A stretch of 64,000 nucleotides of DNA, taken from NCBI RefSeq assembly GCF_052425735.1, contig NC_135770.1, positions 12,710,001 through 12,774,000 of the forward strand, in the 5' to 3' direction. The DNA is from Oculina patagonica. Taxonomy: Eukaryota. A program made the position numbers and the translations under genes. This document shows positions 1-13,500 of this stretch, one piece after another. The notes beneath the pieces are model-generated. The model was not told the DNA's origin. It was given only the letters and a program-made list of their open reading frames with translations, and did not search any database. Position 1 is the first letter of the stretch; every line of letters starts with the position of its first letter.

Positions 1-244
1 ACTGAATAGCAACAGAGAGGAGTGAGGGCTCTGGGAACGCAATTGGATTGAATTTCATAAGTCGTACTCTATGAATCTTCACAGCGGTCAAACGAAAAAT
101 TTTCTTTTTCTGTTTTTGAGTTGAAAGTGAGAAATTTTAAAAATTTTAAATAAAATGAAAAATTTCGGTACTGAATCTAAGGCCAGCAACGCAGGATAAC
201 GGTAGACTAAGATTTGTTTTATTAATCAGCATTATAACACTCAC

Positions 245-1977
245 AACATAGCTTCGTCCCATTGATAAAGAGCTTCAGAGAGCGGGTTGAACTTCGTATC
301 CAGGTTTGTGGCTATTGATGTGATGTAGTACCAAGTTTGTTCGTCAGTGGTTGCTTTTATGGTTAACGGCTTGCCGCTTTCAACTTTGGTCCAAACCATT
401 GCCAGGTTAGCTCGCATGCTTCCCGCTTCCTCTGTTTCGTTGACCTAATCAAGAAAAAAATATTATGAACAGACTATTTTTAACTCACGAGGACTGTCTT
501 GAGGAAATTCAGTACACCTGATAGTGATACAAGTCTATTTAAGCTGGCTTTTCCATGGCTTTCAACAAGGGCCGATACTTCTCAGCAAGAGTGTAGCCGT
601 TTCTATTTCGTCCCGCGAAAAGGGAGGAAGTAGGCCCGGGGGGGGGGGGGTATACCTCGGAATACTTGGTGGGGTATGCCGCCCGGTTTCTGACACTATC
701 TCAGACCAAAACATGCCATTTTTCACACCCGTTTTAAGACTTGGCCTAAATAAAATCCATACCCGTTTTCACCGCTCAGGTTAGAACGACAACAAAAGAT
801 TTGACAAAAATTCAGCTCAATTGATGTATTTCGGTTATTTCTCTTTCTCTTTCTTTTTCATACACGCTCTGGTGGTTTCCCTTCAAAACCATACCCGATT
901 TCAGACCATAATGGTCAAAATCACGTAAACATCAACTGAACCAACAACTGAATAAGTCCGAAGACTTCAGAACATCTCCAGAGATCAACTTATATTAAAG
1001 CTTATGCAGACCTATGCAGTAACTTGTAAAGTAAAGGGAGCGAGACCTCAGTGGAATCTTCCCGGGGTCTCTATTTACGAAGTTAGCGTTGTGTGACACT
1101 AACGTGACACCAACGGTACCCGATCGCGTGACATAATTACTCAAGCATGACTATCTCTTTACTACAGCACTATTAAAATCACTGAAATCAGGCACGACAT
1201 TTACATCAGGGATATACACACAGTGTACTTAGCTAAATTAACTACCAAACTATGCAAAGAATATAATAGCTAATGCGATCATGTTTTGATAAGACTCGTA
1301 CTACCTTTGTTGCATTACCCTACTGTAATCAGTATAATAATACACTATTTTAGCTTATTTTTAACCCCTACCAAGCCAACGGCTGCCAAAGCTTCAGATC
1401 GATTTGACTCGGCTGCCATGAACTCAATATCCACTGAAGAATCTCCGCGATCTGAAGACACACTCATTAAGAACTCTTTGCCGGCATTGTTCTTTGCAGA
1501 TATCTCCACAATCAACAAATTCTTTCGGGATCGGTGCGCGTATATTCTCTGCTCTACTTTTAAGTTGTCGGCCGTGAACCATTTGTAGAACACTCCTTCT
1601 AGCACATCCAATGCATACGAGGTTTTTCCTTGAATCCCTGCCACTTTGAAGTCGATAGCAGCGGTGGAAGGAATTCTAGCGCGGTGGGCGTGTTGGTAAA
1701 AATACACTGGGTAGACTTTTTTCTTCTTCGGATATGCCTTACCATTGAATACCCCAGAAACATGCACAGAATCGCTGTAGATCACTGTTCCTATGTATCC
1801 ATTAGCCACTGAAGGCATAATAGTTCCATTTTTACTCTGGCGAACGGTAACTCGCTGGCGATCTGTAGGTAAAGTATCCGTGACAAATCTAGTTGGGGTT
1901 CCCGCCGTCATGGCCGAACGAACAGTCGCTCCTAAACCTACAAGGAAAGCAAGCGCGATCCCGTGACAAATGGTCAT
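245..1977 (-). CDS. PGGHG/ATHL1-like glycoside hydrolase family 65 protein, first two coding exons; continues past the window start
   Basis: Exon 1977-1372 (MTICHGIALAFLVGLG signal-like start, SVANGYIGTVIYSDSVHVSGVFNG, HRARIPS, QRIYAHR) joins in phase 0 by GT-AG to exon 444-245 (VNETEEAGS...WDEAM), which ends at a GTGAGT donor. The motifs resemble the PGGHG N-terminal region. Confidence 0.75.
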
Positions 1978-2637
1978 TCTAGAGCTCAGATTCCCAGAAT
2001 GGTCCTTTGGAAGAATAGTCTGTAGTCGCGTAATGGTCTTTCCGATGTCGCTAAATATTTCCAAAAGGAGCGCGTCAAGATTTGAGCATATTTCAGGGGC
2101 TTTATAATCTGCTCAAGTAAAATACTGTCATTTTAGTTGACAAGCATTTGACATGTGTTGATTCAGCTTTCAATCTTTAATACGATCATCCATCAGTAAT
2201 TTTATCATTTATATCAATTACATAAATATATCGTTTTGTTTTAGCATGGAAAAATGAATACCTTCTAATACTTTCTTTCCCATTGATTCGCACTCCACTC
2301 CACTTCCTCTGGAGCCATTTTCATAATTTTTTGTTCTTTTGTTATGTCACGCAATGCTGGGAGAAGGTGTGGACGATATAACCTGCGATGGCGTTTTTGG
2401 GGGGGGGGGGTTGTGCTCACGATAGGTCACGCAAATCGATGTGACCATTAATTTTGGAAAAAATCAGAAAAACGTTTCCAGTTTTTCTGCCGTACGCAGC
2501 ATTTAAAGTGTAGGCAAAAATTTGCATTCGATAAGCAACATAGACAAAATATGTTATTCAGCAGGCAACAAAGCTTGTTCTCAATTGACGGTAAAAAAAG
2601 TGAAAATATGATATCAATTTTTGTTGCCATATTTCAT

Positions 2638-3313
2638 CACAGGGCACAGAGGAGTCAAGTTTGTCCCAATTCAAAATCTCTACCGTGCAAAACGACCTTC
2701 AAAAGCTTTTCAAAGCGATCGTGTAAGCCGTACGTGATACAGCGCCGCATGTGATACTTGTTTGTCAGAACAGCCCGGGGGGGGGGGGGGTACTCAAAAA
2801 GTTTTATACGGGGAGGCTCCGCCCCAAGTTCTAACCCCTTACCCTTTTATATACCATTTTTGACAGAAATTGTACCCCTTCGTATACCTTTAACTGAAAA
2901 AAGGTACCCCTTTCATATACCTAAGAGACATGGCATGACTTAAAATGTCTTGTCATTTTTATGCAGCGCTTAATAAATTAAAATAATACAGCCACAAATT
3001 GCGTTTGTTCGAAATATTTTAATTAAAGGCCCTTTTAAATAGCCAAATGACAGATTTCCATACCCTTCATATACTTAAACTCGTGAAATCCCTACCCTTT
3101 TATATACCTGAAGCCTGAAAAGGACCCCTTTCGGGCGGAGCCTCCCCGTATAGGCCATATAGGGAGTACCCCCCCCCCCGGGCAGAACAGACGATCTGCA
3201 AACAAGTATCGCATGACGGTGCTGTATCACGTACGCTTACACGATCGCTTTGAAGGTCGTTGCACGGTAGAGATTTTGAATTGCAGACAAACTTGACTCC
3301 TCTGTGCCCTGTG
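2638..3313. mobile_element. MITE with ~130-bp TIRs (CACAGGGCACAGAGGAGTC...) and 7-bp TSD ATTTCAT
   Basis: Inverted termini at 2638 and 3313; ATTTCAT at 2631-2637 and 3314-3320. Confidence 0.85.
2774..3182. mobile_element. Nested MITE (CCCGGGGG...CCCCCGGG termini) with 8-bp TSD CAGAACAG
   Basis: CAGAACAG at 2766-2773 and 3183-3190; inverted termini containing GGGAGGCTCCGCCC. Related fragments near 634-925 and 15880-15975. Confidence 0.85.
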
Positions 3314-3499
3314 ATTTCATCTTATGATTCAGAAATTAAATAAACCCCCCGCCCCTCCCCGCCTGCTTCCTTGCTTCCCCCCCTCCCTCCTCTCTCTCCA
3401 TGCCCGCCCAGCGCAGTCCCCAGCGCACTGGCTGCCTGATTTGTCACGCAACGATTACCGTGACGACCACTCACGTGACTTCACTTGACTCGTTCAATC

Positions 3500-6400
3500 A
3501 TGGCCGCCGGCAGTCCATTCTTTCTGATGCGCCTCGTATCTTCATCAGTAGCAGTGGCTAATCGAGCGGGAGGAATTATCCGTAGTATCATGAAAACAGG
3601 AAGCCTTGGTGTAGTGGACAAGGTTTGTTCATCTTATGTTTGACATTGTCAATGTTTGGGAATTGAAAGTGGTAATTATTAACAGCTGGTCACCGGTGTG
3701 ACCAAGCTAGCGGTATGAACTGAATGAAAGAAACCAGTTTGATCGCGCTCTATATCTGTGCTCTTGTACATTGTCTTGTAAAATGAAACTATATGGTGAC
3801 TATTTTTTTCTTTTTTTATCACTGCGTTTGTTTTGGAGAAAAAGTTTGGATGTTCATTTCTTTATCGGAAAGACTCTGGCATACAGCTTTTGTAGTGTCA
3901 TAATTTATTTATGAATTTATAAACTTATAAAATATGAATTTATGAGTCAGAGCAGAATACTAGGCGGCAAATTAAAAATGATAGTATCTTGGGTAATAGC
4001 CTACTTAGTATACTAAAAATCCCTGTCAGAAGTGAATCTAGGGGGAGGATGCAGGGGATGCATTCCCCCCCCCCCCACCAAGATGATCTGCGGCTTTTTA
4101 AAAAATGCAACTGGTATTATGGAAAAAAGGCGAAACATCATTCTTTAGCTTTAAAAAAAATTAGAACCAGAGAAAATTTCTTGAAAAAATCTTACCCACC
4201 AATACACTGAAGCAATTTTGTCTGACTGGAACTAAGTCCTGATATTTTCTTGCTCAGCCAGTCTGTTATAAACTTGTTATCATATTAAATTGCATCTGTT
4301 TGAGCATAGAGTTAAGTTAACGTTTAAATGATTTTTTAGGGAGATGGTGGTGAATATGACCCTCAGACTGAAGCAGATCGCGCATCACAGAAATGTATCA
4401 TTGGTTCACTCCTTAAAATGTATCCAACTCTCAGAATTATTGGCGAGGAAGAGGTTTGTTGCATAATTTTATTAAAATTTCATTGTGTTGTCCCAGAAAA
4501 TATCCAGCATATACCCTCCCTTTCTGGTTTTTTTTTAATTTTTTTTTTTTTTTTTCTTTTATTTTTTTCTTGTTTTTTATTTCTTTTTTCCCCCTATTTT
4601 TTTTTTTTTCCGGGGGGTATGGATATTCCCTAAAACTGAACATTGATACAAGGTTGAAATATACCCTGTTATCTGTATTAATTTTATACAATGTACATTG
4701 CTTTGAGTATATGAATTCTGATATATATAATGTACATGTAAATACACTTCAGGATATTCATTTGGATGACGTGAAAGAAGAGTTTATTGAAATATCTCAA
4801 GATGCTGCAGTGCTTTCAAAATCCTGCCCAGAAGATCTTACTTCAGTGAAACCAGAAGAGGTAAGTTAGTTTTGAATCCTTGATGCCACTGTTCAGAGTA
4901 CCGATATACAAAATTAATGAGTACTTTTTCTCCCTCTTTTCGCCAAAACTATTATTTAATAGTGTTAACTGGACATCATGCTTATAATTTTATACCACAG
5001 CAAAATAGTGATCAAATGTTCGAGAAATGCATAAAATGGCATTTTCTGTTCACATGTTCTTGATGAGTAAAAACCAAACACTTAGTTACCACTTGTACTG
5101 GTTTGTAAGATCCACAACTAGCTATTACTGAGCCTTTCTGATCAATAGCGCACAAACTCTGAAGTTAAAAACCCAACTAGTATGATTGCGTTGTTCACTG
5201 CTGTCAGTCATAATAATTGAAGGACCGAGGGCAAGATCAACACTTTGAGTTTTTGCTAAACTAAACATTCTCACAAACAACTAAAAGGATCCTAGCGTCA
5301 ACCCTTGGGGTTAGGGTGTAAAGACAAAAATATTATGTACATGTACAGTTTGTCTAAATAATAAATCTTCAATTAAGTTGAGCCTATTTTAAAACACACT
5401 TGGACACTTTGGCCTATTCTTGCACATTTTATTATCTTTTAGGTGACTGTATGGGTGGACCCACTAGATGGTACAAGAGAGTTTACTGAAGGTATGTCTT
5501 GCAATTGATTCATTTTGTGGAAAATTCTGCTCTGTTGCTGTGATTAATCATGTCATTAAAAGTCTTCTCAGAGTTGATTTTCTTATCTGCTTAAATGTGT
5601 TTTTTTTTCTTGTCTGTACAGTATGAATAGATTAAGTTATACACAGGCAGATTAAACAGGGGGCTGCAGCCCCCTTCTTCTTTGGATTTGTTTAAAAAAT
5701 ATAGTCAACCATCTTTCTAGAGTTCGTTGTGGGTTTTGGGCGAGGTTGCTGCCTTGCTCAAATGTTTGCAGCCCCCCCCCCCCTTTTTCTGAATTTTTCT
5801 AGATCTGCCCCTGTAAAAATTCTTTTTTTTTTCAAATGTATACAAACATACACATTGTACAAATTTTGCCAAGCCTGATGCTACGCGCCAGAATGTCCAT
5901 ATAAAAAACTGATTTTGGCAGATTTTGTACCATGTAACTGTTCTATGCAAAAAGCCCATTGTTTTAGTCTTGACTGTTGTAATCTATGCTAGGTCTGTAC
6001 GATCATGTGACAGTTCTCATTGGTATTTCAATGAATGGCAAGCCTGTAGCAGGAGTCATCCATCAGCCATTTTATGGCTACGAGAAGGAACCCCAAGGAA
6101 TCACACTGGGTAGAACCATGTGGGGTGTGAAAGGGCTTGGTACATTTGGCTTTACTCACGTCACCCCACCGACAGGACGACGTGTCATTACCACAACCCG
6201 CTCTCATTCCAACAAGACCGTAATAGAAGCAATAGAAGCCATGAAGCCTGATAAAATATTAAGGGCAGGTGGGGCAGGCTACAAAGTGTTGCTACTACTA
6301 GAGGGTACAGCTGATGCATACGTGTTTGCAAGTGCAGGGTGTAAACGTTGGGATACCTGTGCTTGTGAGGCACTTCTTGAGGCTGTGGGTGGCACTCTTA

Positions 6401-6549
6401 CAGATGTCTGCGGCGAGCACATCACGTATGATGGACAAGCAGACAGTTATGTCAACAAGATAGGTGTCCTGGGATCTCTAAAGGACCATAGGTTTTATGT
6501 AGACATGATTCCTGAGTCTATTAAAAGTAGTTTACTTGGAAAATTATAA
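3500..6549 (+). CDS. BPNT1: 3'(2'),5'-bisphosphate nucleotidase 1 (inositol monophosphatase superfamily)
   Basis: Exons 3500-3622, 4340-4453, 4753-4860, 5443-5491, 5993-6549, all GT-AG and in phase. Motifs DPQTEADR, IIGEE, VWVDPLDGTREFTEG, VTVLIGI, GGAGYKV, KRWDTCA. Confidence 0.93.
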
Positions 6550-6888
6550 TTAAACTGTAATATTCATTGTTCTTTGAAAGAGTTTTGTCATTTTCTAGAT
6601 TATTTTTGGTGATCCACACAATTACTGTCAATTTGAAGGAAACCCTAAAACAAGTGGCTCTGGAGACACATGATTTGATTGGGGAGATCTTTAACAAAGG
6701 AAATTTAAATTAAGCAATAGGGTCTCAGTGGATTCGTTAAGGTTTGGAGCAGGTGGTAATCAGGGCGTTGCAGGCCAAGTTGTGTTTACAGCTTGTCAAT
6801 TTGCCCAGTGCCTGGCCCTTAATTAAACCCCAAATCAAACTGTGTAACAGTCTTGACAAACACAAATAAGCCTCAATTTTTAATTAGT

Positions 6889-7106
6889 CAACCCTCCAAG
6901 TTAAGACCATTTTAGTCGCCATGGCGACTAAAATTTTGGAGCTGGCGACTAAATTGGAATTGAAGTTGCCAGCCTGGCGACTAAAATTGAGAAGAAGCAT
7001 TGAAAGCGTGAGCTTAATTTGGCGACTAAAAGTTTTCACTGGCGACCAAACTTGGGCAGTTGGTGGCCAAATGGCCACTAAGGAAAAAAATAAACTTGGA
7101 GGATTG
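6889..7106. mobile_element. Small MITE with internal TGGCGACTAAA repeats
   Basis: TIR CAACCCTCCAAGTT / AACTTGGAGGATTG, flanked by TTAGT on both sides. Confidence 0.7.
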
Positions 7107-8457
7107 TTAGTACTTGTATTTACAAGAAAGATTCTTATTCTTGAAATAAAGGCAGGATAAAACCTTCATTATCACATTTACAGCGGCAATAATTTACGTA
7201 ACTGATACCAAAGGTAGAAATATGCCCGATAATTATTATGATACACAATTATTTCTATCACAACTAATGAATTTACAGTAAATTATATCAAAATATTGTT
7301 ATACATGCCATTTAAGTTGTACTATTCTTTGACCATAAGCCATTTAAATAAGTTTACAGTTTGCCATGGAAGAAAAAGGTTTTCTGACAATCAGGCAACT
7401 AGACTAAATAACTTATTATTATTTACAAGGTATATTATTGTGGTCAAAACAAGGGAAAATGTTGGCAAAAATAAAAGCATCACAATAATTATTTACTGTC
7501 TTCTTGAATTGAATGACTGAAAGTACACACTTAGAGTGACTGTGTTGAGAAACATCTTGTGCTATGTATGAATGCAATGCTCTCTCACAATGTACCCTGT
7601 AGCTTTGCAATTCACAACTGGAAATGATAACAAAAAAGCATGGGTGGCTAGACAGTCATATAGAAATGCAAATTGTTGGTAAATTTAGCCAATTCTCAAT
7701 TGATTATAGAGCCCTGTTCCATTACTCTTCCTACCCTCAAAATCAACACAGTCGAGTCACTAATGAAAAAATTAGCCTTCTGGGTCAGGGTGGATAATGC
7801 TATCCACAGAAAAAATCACTAGATATATCACTAACAAGTAAATGGTGTTGTTTGTTTTGTCAGCACTTATTCATTGGATAGCAATTTATCAGAAAACAGT
7901 GTTATCCATCCTTTGAACAACTCTCCCCAAGTTAAAATGGTCTTTGTTGGGTGCCAGAGTTTCTATTTTTGGTTGCAAGGACTGGTGACACCATGATGAC
8001 ATCAACAGCCATGATTGCAAAAATCACAGAAAAATAAAGACTGGCACCCAGGGTTATAATTACAGTGTGACTACTCGAACCGGGGCACCCTGAACAAAAT
8101 TAACCAATCACAGTGTTAATTGAAAACAAAGGATAATGACATTTTTTGCAACGGACCAATAACGTTCTAGAATGTAAACAAAAGACTACCTACAAAATTT
8201 GAACTGTCAATGTTACAAACAGATGGGGACCTCTCAGGAAACATGCCTTCTATTTGATTAGTCGCACTGTAATTTATTATGAGGCGTAGCTTTTTGAACA
8301 ACCCTATAAACTGATTGAGGTTCTCTGTACAGTGCAAGCATGATTAGTGTTGATAGGTTTAACCCCAACGTTCTAAATCTTTCCATTTATATCTTTGTGT
8401 TATCTGCATTATATGTATTCTTAGATATCTTTTTTGTACTTGTACAAAATCTGCAGA

Positions 8458-10293
8458 TTATTTTGTGTGAATTTTATTCCTCTCCCTTCTTGGCCGTAGA
8501 TTATGACCTTTACTTCTTGTCGTCATTCCTCCTGTTGTTTTGTCAGTTACAAGATCAAAATGTTTCTTTGAATGACTCCTCAGTGTCATGGGACTTTCAA
8601 ATGAATCATCCAGACCTTTCCTTTTCACTGGTTTAGACTTTGGACATTTTCTACAGACAAAAAGTAAAACAAAATGTCAGACCTTTAACAAAAAAGACTC
8701 TGGTTGACCATTTTTATCACAAAGTTACCACATGACCTAGATCCATTTTGGCACATGGATTATTGTATAAGCAAGTTTTCTTATTGTGTGGGCAAAAAAC
8801 AAGCAGCCATACTGCAGAACAAGGACACAACTTTTAACTTGTTGTTAAAACAATTCAATATTTAGATTAACAAGAACTTAGCTCACAATCATTTACTGTC
8901 GACAAAATAAGACTGTTTAGCTTGTTTCCAAAAGACCAGAACCCAAATGAGGTTGAAAAAATTTTGAAAATTAATGTAAGGGATTAGATAATTTATATAA
9001 TGTGATGACTATGATAAACAAAACATCCCACAGGTTTGAAGCACACTACAATTCAATACAGAGACACCACATAAAAACATTGGCCAATACCACAAATATG
9101 CAAACTAAATGGCCCCTCTAAATAGGGCTACGCACATAGGAGCAAGAGCGCCCATCCCCCACAGGGTATTTGTGGATGATCAAAACAGGACACTTAGAAA
9201 GTCCACTAAAATGGTCAAAAGTCCCCACCATGGGCAGACAATTGCTTTTAAACCCCCTGCTAATGCCCACCCTCCCCCACTGTGGCTTCAAATTGATAGG
9301 TGCATTACCTCAAGTCAAATACCTGGTGTACAGTGTTTGCCCAGGGAGAAGGGGTCATGGGTATTCTTCAGGGTCTGCCAGGGTTTTAAGGTATATGTTT
9401 ATGGTTATAAAGTATACAATGTTTTCCAAATTTTTTTGAGGGGAAATTTTGGATAAGCTTACTGGGTTCATGTTTTTCAGGCATGTTGGTTTACATGTAT
9501 CTCTTACCCCCTTCGCTGACTCTGACTCTTGGATTTTTACTGATGCATAAGGCCTACTTGACTGTTTATTAAAACATAGGTTACTTCACTTAACATAGCT
9601 TTAATACTAGTCTTGGTACACAACGTTGCTTTACCAATGCAAAATTACCTCCATGTAAGCTTGTATTAAAAAGAAGTTTTAAGCTTACATGTCCGCTTAT
9701 GTACGTAAACTGTACATGTGCACGTGGACATGTACACCAAAAAAAAAAAAACTTTCAAAAACTTTTAAGTTTCCAATCCATTTGTTATCCTGGCTGTTAA
9801 ACTTTGTTGCATGTGTCGTGAAAAAAGACCATTAACATTGATCAAATTTTCAACATGTCCTAGCGCTTAGCTATAGTAGTTAGTGACATGTGGTCACTGA
9901 ATAGAGTTTCTGTGTCTGAAGACTCTGAGGACGGCCGCCTTTAAGAAAAAAAAGACAAACTTACTGCAAATGGTCTGGTACTTCCCAGTGCCACATCTGC
10001 AACTTGCAGCGACTATTGGGGCATTTCCTGACTCCTAGCTGAACTTGAATCTCGATATTGTCCTCGGGTATATCTGGTCGTGTGACGGGAAAAGCATTTT
10101 CTCTTTGGCAAGTAGGACATCTTTCCAGCCCAAATCTCCTGTTTCCCTCTGTGTCATACAGGCAGTTCTCGCACAAACGATGCTGACAAGACCCGTAAAT
10201 CATTCGCAGATTCGGAGCCCAGCATATCAAGCAGTTAAACCGTTGCTCAAACGAAATAGTCGAGGAGAACCCAAAATTATCGCTGTCCACCAT
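8458..10293 (-). CDS. Small RING finger plus TRAF-type zinc finger protein with basic tail (~173 aa)
   Basis: Exon 10293-9965 (CLIC...CQHRLCENC...CPTC RING; CPNSRC...HLQ) joins in phase 2 to exon 8650-8458 (KCPKSKPVKRKG...TK*), completing the C-x4-C...H-x3-C finger. Confidence 0.75.
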
Positions 10294-10531
10294 ATTGCAA
10301 ACCTTTTCTTTTCCCGCCGTTGTTTTGCGTCTCCATGTGAGAAGCATTGTGATTGGTTCGTTCGGTAATTAGCCGAAATTTGATTGGCTCTCTGTTGTCT
10401 CTCATCTGTCCCGTGAAGAAGACGGCCTGGGAATTTTAAAAACTTCGGGACGGGATTCGGGATTGGGGATTGGATAAAAACGTCCTCGGTCGCCGGTTTC
10501 TTTTCGTCACGTGAATATTGACAAAATCAAT
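10294..10531. promoter_or_regulatory. Compact bidirectional promoter with four CCAAT boxes
   Basis: 238 bp between divergent ATGs; ATTGG at 10352, 10383, 10462 and 10469. Confidence 0.55.
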
Positions 10532-13500
10532 ATGGAGGACTCCAAAATAAAAGCTGGAGAAAGAATTGAGGAGTCGCCGCACGTATCGATACCGACAAGC
10601 GAACACTCATTTGTAAGAAGAACTGTAAAAAATGTAGTATCTGGAACATTCAGTGGTATTGCCGTGTGTCTGGTAGGTCATCCATTTGACACGCTCAAAG
10701 TTCGTCTCCAAACCCAGCCCGTGGATCGACCGGTATACAAAGGACTTTTGGATTGTTTTGTGAAAACCATGAAATGGGAAGGGATTGGAGGATTATACAA
10801 AGGAGTCGGTGGGTAGTCTTGTTTTGATACATTTAAGATTATGGATGGTGATATTAATTTAAAGCTTACGTACATAAATAAAGCGTACCGGTATTTAATT
10901 TTATGATTAGTTCAAGGGCGCGTCTGACATTTGCAGACTGCAGACTGGAAACTGCAGACTAAAGTTAGGCACATACTAGGGGACTAGTCGCAGGGACTTA
11001 TCCCTTAGTGTGTACTGGTGAAAAATTGACCGATTTGTGGGACTATTGGTCCCTGTGACTTGTCCCCTGAAATCAAACCAGCTTAATTCGTGGGACTAGT
11101 CGCAGGGACCAAAATGTGGTCCCTGCGACTAGAATTTCGATGCAAAATACGTACGAGTACACACTAGGGGGCTGGTCCCTGAAGCAAGCCCCGGCGACAA
11201 GTCCCTGGACTAGTCCCCTAGTTGTGCCAACCTTAAAAGTATATTTTGTTTTTTTTTTTTTTTTTTTGTTTTTTTTTTTTTTGGGGATAAGAAAAAAAAA
11301 AAAAAAAAAAATTCAACTACCGACAGCGACGGGAAGTGCGGTAAAACAGCGACACGGGGCATTTTTAAATTTAGACAACCAACACGGGATCCCTCTCTGG
11401 CAGGGCCTCTTGTCTGCAAGCCTGCATGAGCAGTCTGCATTTTCGCTGTCTGACATTTGCAAACTGCAGACTAGCAGACTTGCAGACTTTTACTCAGTTT
11501 AGCCTACTACGCACTCTGGTTAGCCTACTATTCATTCCGGTTAGCCTGAATAGTACTTCGGGTAGCCTGTTCATGGTTAACTCTCAATAATGGTAATGGT
11601 AACACAATTATATAATTCTCTCAGTCCTTAGTCTGTTGTTTGCAGTCTGCAAATGTCAGACACAGTTGTCAGACCGTTATCAGACAGCCCTCTTAAGATG
11701 AGCCCAGTAGCCAGGCTCGCCTGGTTTTCAGGATGACCTTTTGTCTCTTCATATGGAAAATTTCAGCCAGGTTCCCAGCATAAAAATGTGTGAAATGTGG
11801 TTTGCACAACTTAAAACCAAAAAAACTAGTTTGCTCTCAAAATATTTAAGAAACAAAATAAAGACAAAAAGGGTCCACACAATAATCTGCATCATTCGCA
11901 CTTGTCATTCCCTGCTAGCAGCTGACATAACAGGGAAAAAAAGACCTCTGCCCTGAGACAAGGTGGAAAATAGCTATATTATGCATGCAGCATGGTTTCT
12001 TAGCCGCCGACTGTCACATGATGTTCTTTTAGGCAATGAGGGCTCAAATAGCAGTGGAGTTATGTAAAGAAATGCACAAGACACAACAGGCTCCAGTTGC
12101 AGTCAGCAAAAAATGCAAGAAGCATGCATTTTGAAAAGAGCCATTCAAGACCATGGACGGTGGTTGAATAAAAGCTGTTTTCTACCCAGGGCACAGGTCT
12201 CTTTTCCCCTGTTCTGACAGCTAAGTGAACACAAGGGGAAAATGGCCTCTGCTAGCAGAGAAACCTGTCATAGCTACCAGCAATCAACAGTTATTGTAGC
12301 TTCACTGCTACAGCTAAATGGTATACTTCTGATGAGGGAAATACAGCAGACAAGCAAAACTGATGCCATCTGCAAGTTGTCCTGTTGTAGAAGCAAAGCT
12401 AATTTTGTTCCTCCCGGAAATTAGGTTGGAGTTTTCATATGGGACATATAATTACAATTTACAATTGGCAGTTTTTGTCTAATCATAATAACTGTTTATT
12501 GTCACAGGATCTCCTATTGTAGGTCAGATGTTTTTTAGAGCAACTCTCTTCACTTCCTATTATCAGGCAAGTTGATTCTATCAGTGCTGTAGCTGCGAGT
12601 GCCAGTAAGGGAATAATTTTGGTCAAATTTCATGGGTCCATCTTAATCTCAAATTTCCGTGACTTTATCTCAAAGTCTTGATTTCTTTTGCAAAGTCTCA
12701 GGCTTGCAGAAAAGAAATTTAGTCTTGCCATCCACAAAGTCTCAAAGTTTGTACATTTGCCACACCTAGCGTAAGGTATTGTGTGCAAAGCTGCTGTATC
12801 CTAATCCCTTCACAAACTTCTTGATAACTTGAACCAAAAGTCATCAGATTTGCTTCACTTAGTCAAGCACTGCAGTTTTTACTATACCTCTGATTTCTTG
12901 AACTCCTGATTTATTGAACCAATTGTCATTTCTCTTGAAGTTTTCCCTTGTAACTAGTGTTGTATCAAAGGCATGTAATGCCTTCTGGTGGCCTTATGTA
13001 CCTAATATACATGTCAATTGATTTTAATAATACTAATCCCTTAAAAGTAACAGCCCCTGAAGCCTGCATATTGGCCGTTCCGAGGTTGCGCAGGGAACTG
13101 GGGCGAGTTTTTAATTTTAAGCAATCAATAATCTATACATTTTGATACCACCACATGAAAGAACTCGGTGAGATTGGATATTTAACCAAGCTTGACACTT
13201 TAAGGATGAACAAAGGCGAAGTTATGGGCCTTGAAACATGGCTAAAAATCCATACAAACGTCTCTTTTTTTGAGACAGCGTCCCCCAAAACCATATAAAC
13301 TCTTAAATTTTTTATGATTTTTGTGATATTCTTTAAAATGAGCAAACATAGTGATTTTCATCTTAGTTTCTTTCAAATAATGGGTCTTTGGTAGAATTTT
13401 ACAGCTGTCACAAAACAGATAAAAATTTTAAGAGTTTATGTGGTTTTGGGGGACGCTGGCTTTCAATTAGAGACGTTTGTGTGGATTTTTAACCATGTGT

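Noticed and set aside
4418-4691. Poly-Phe/poly-Lys ORFs (also 11116-11502 and 20341-20532)
   Set aside because: Translations of T/A homopolymer tracts in introns and repeats.
9463-9552. Extra exon in the RING-TRAF gene
   Set aside because: Its end phase would not match the last exon; direct splicing completes the zinc finger.
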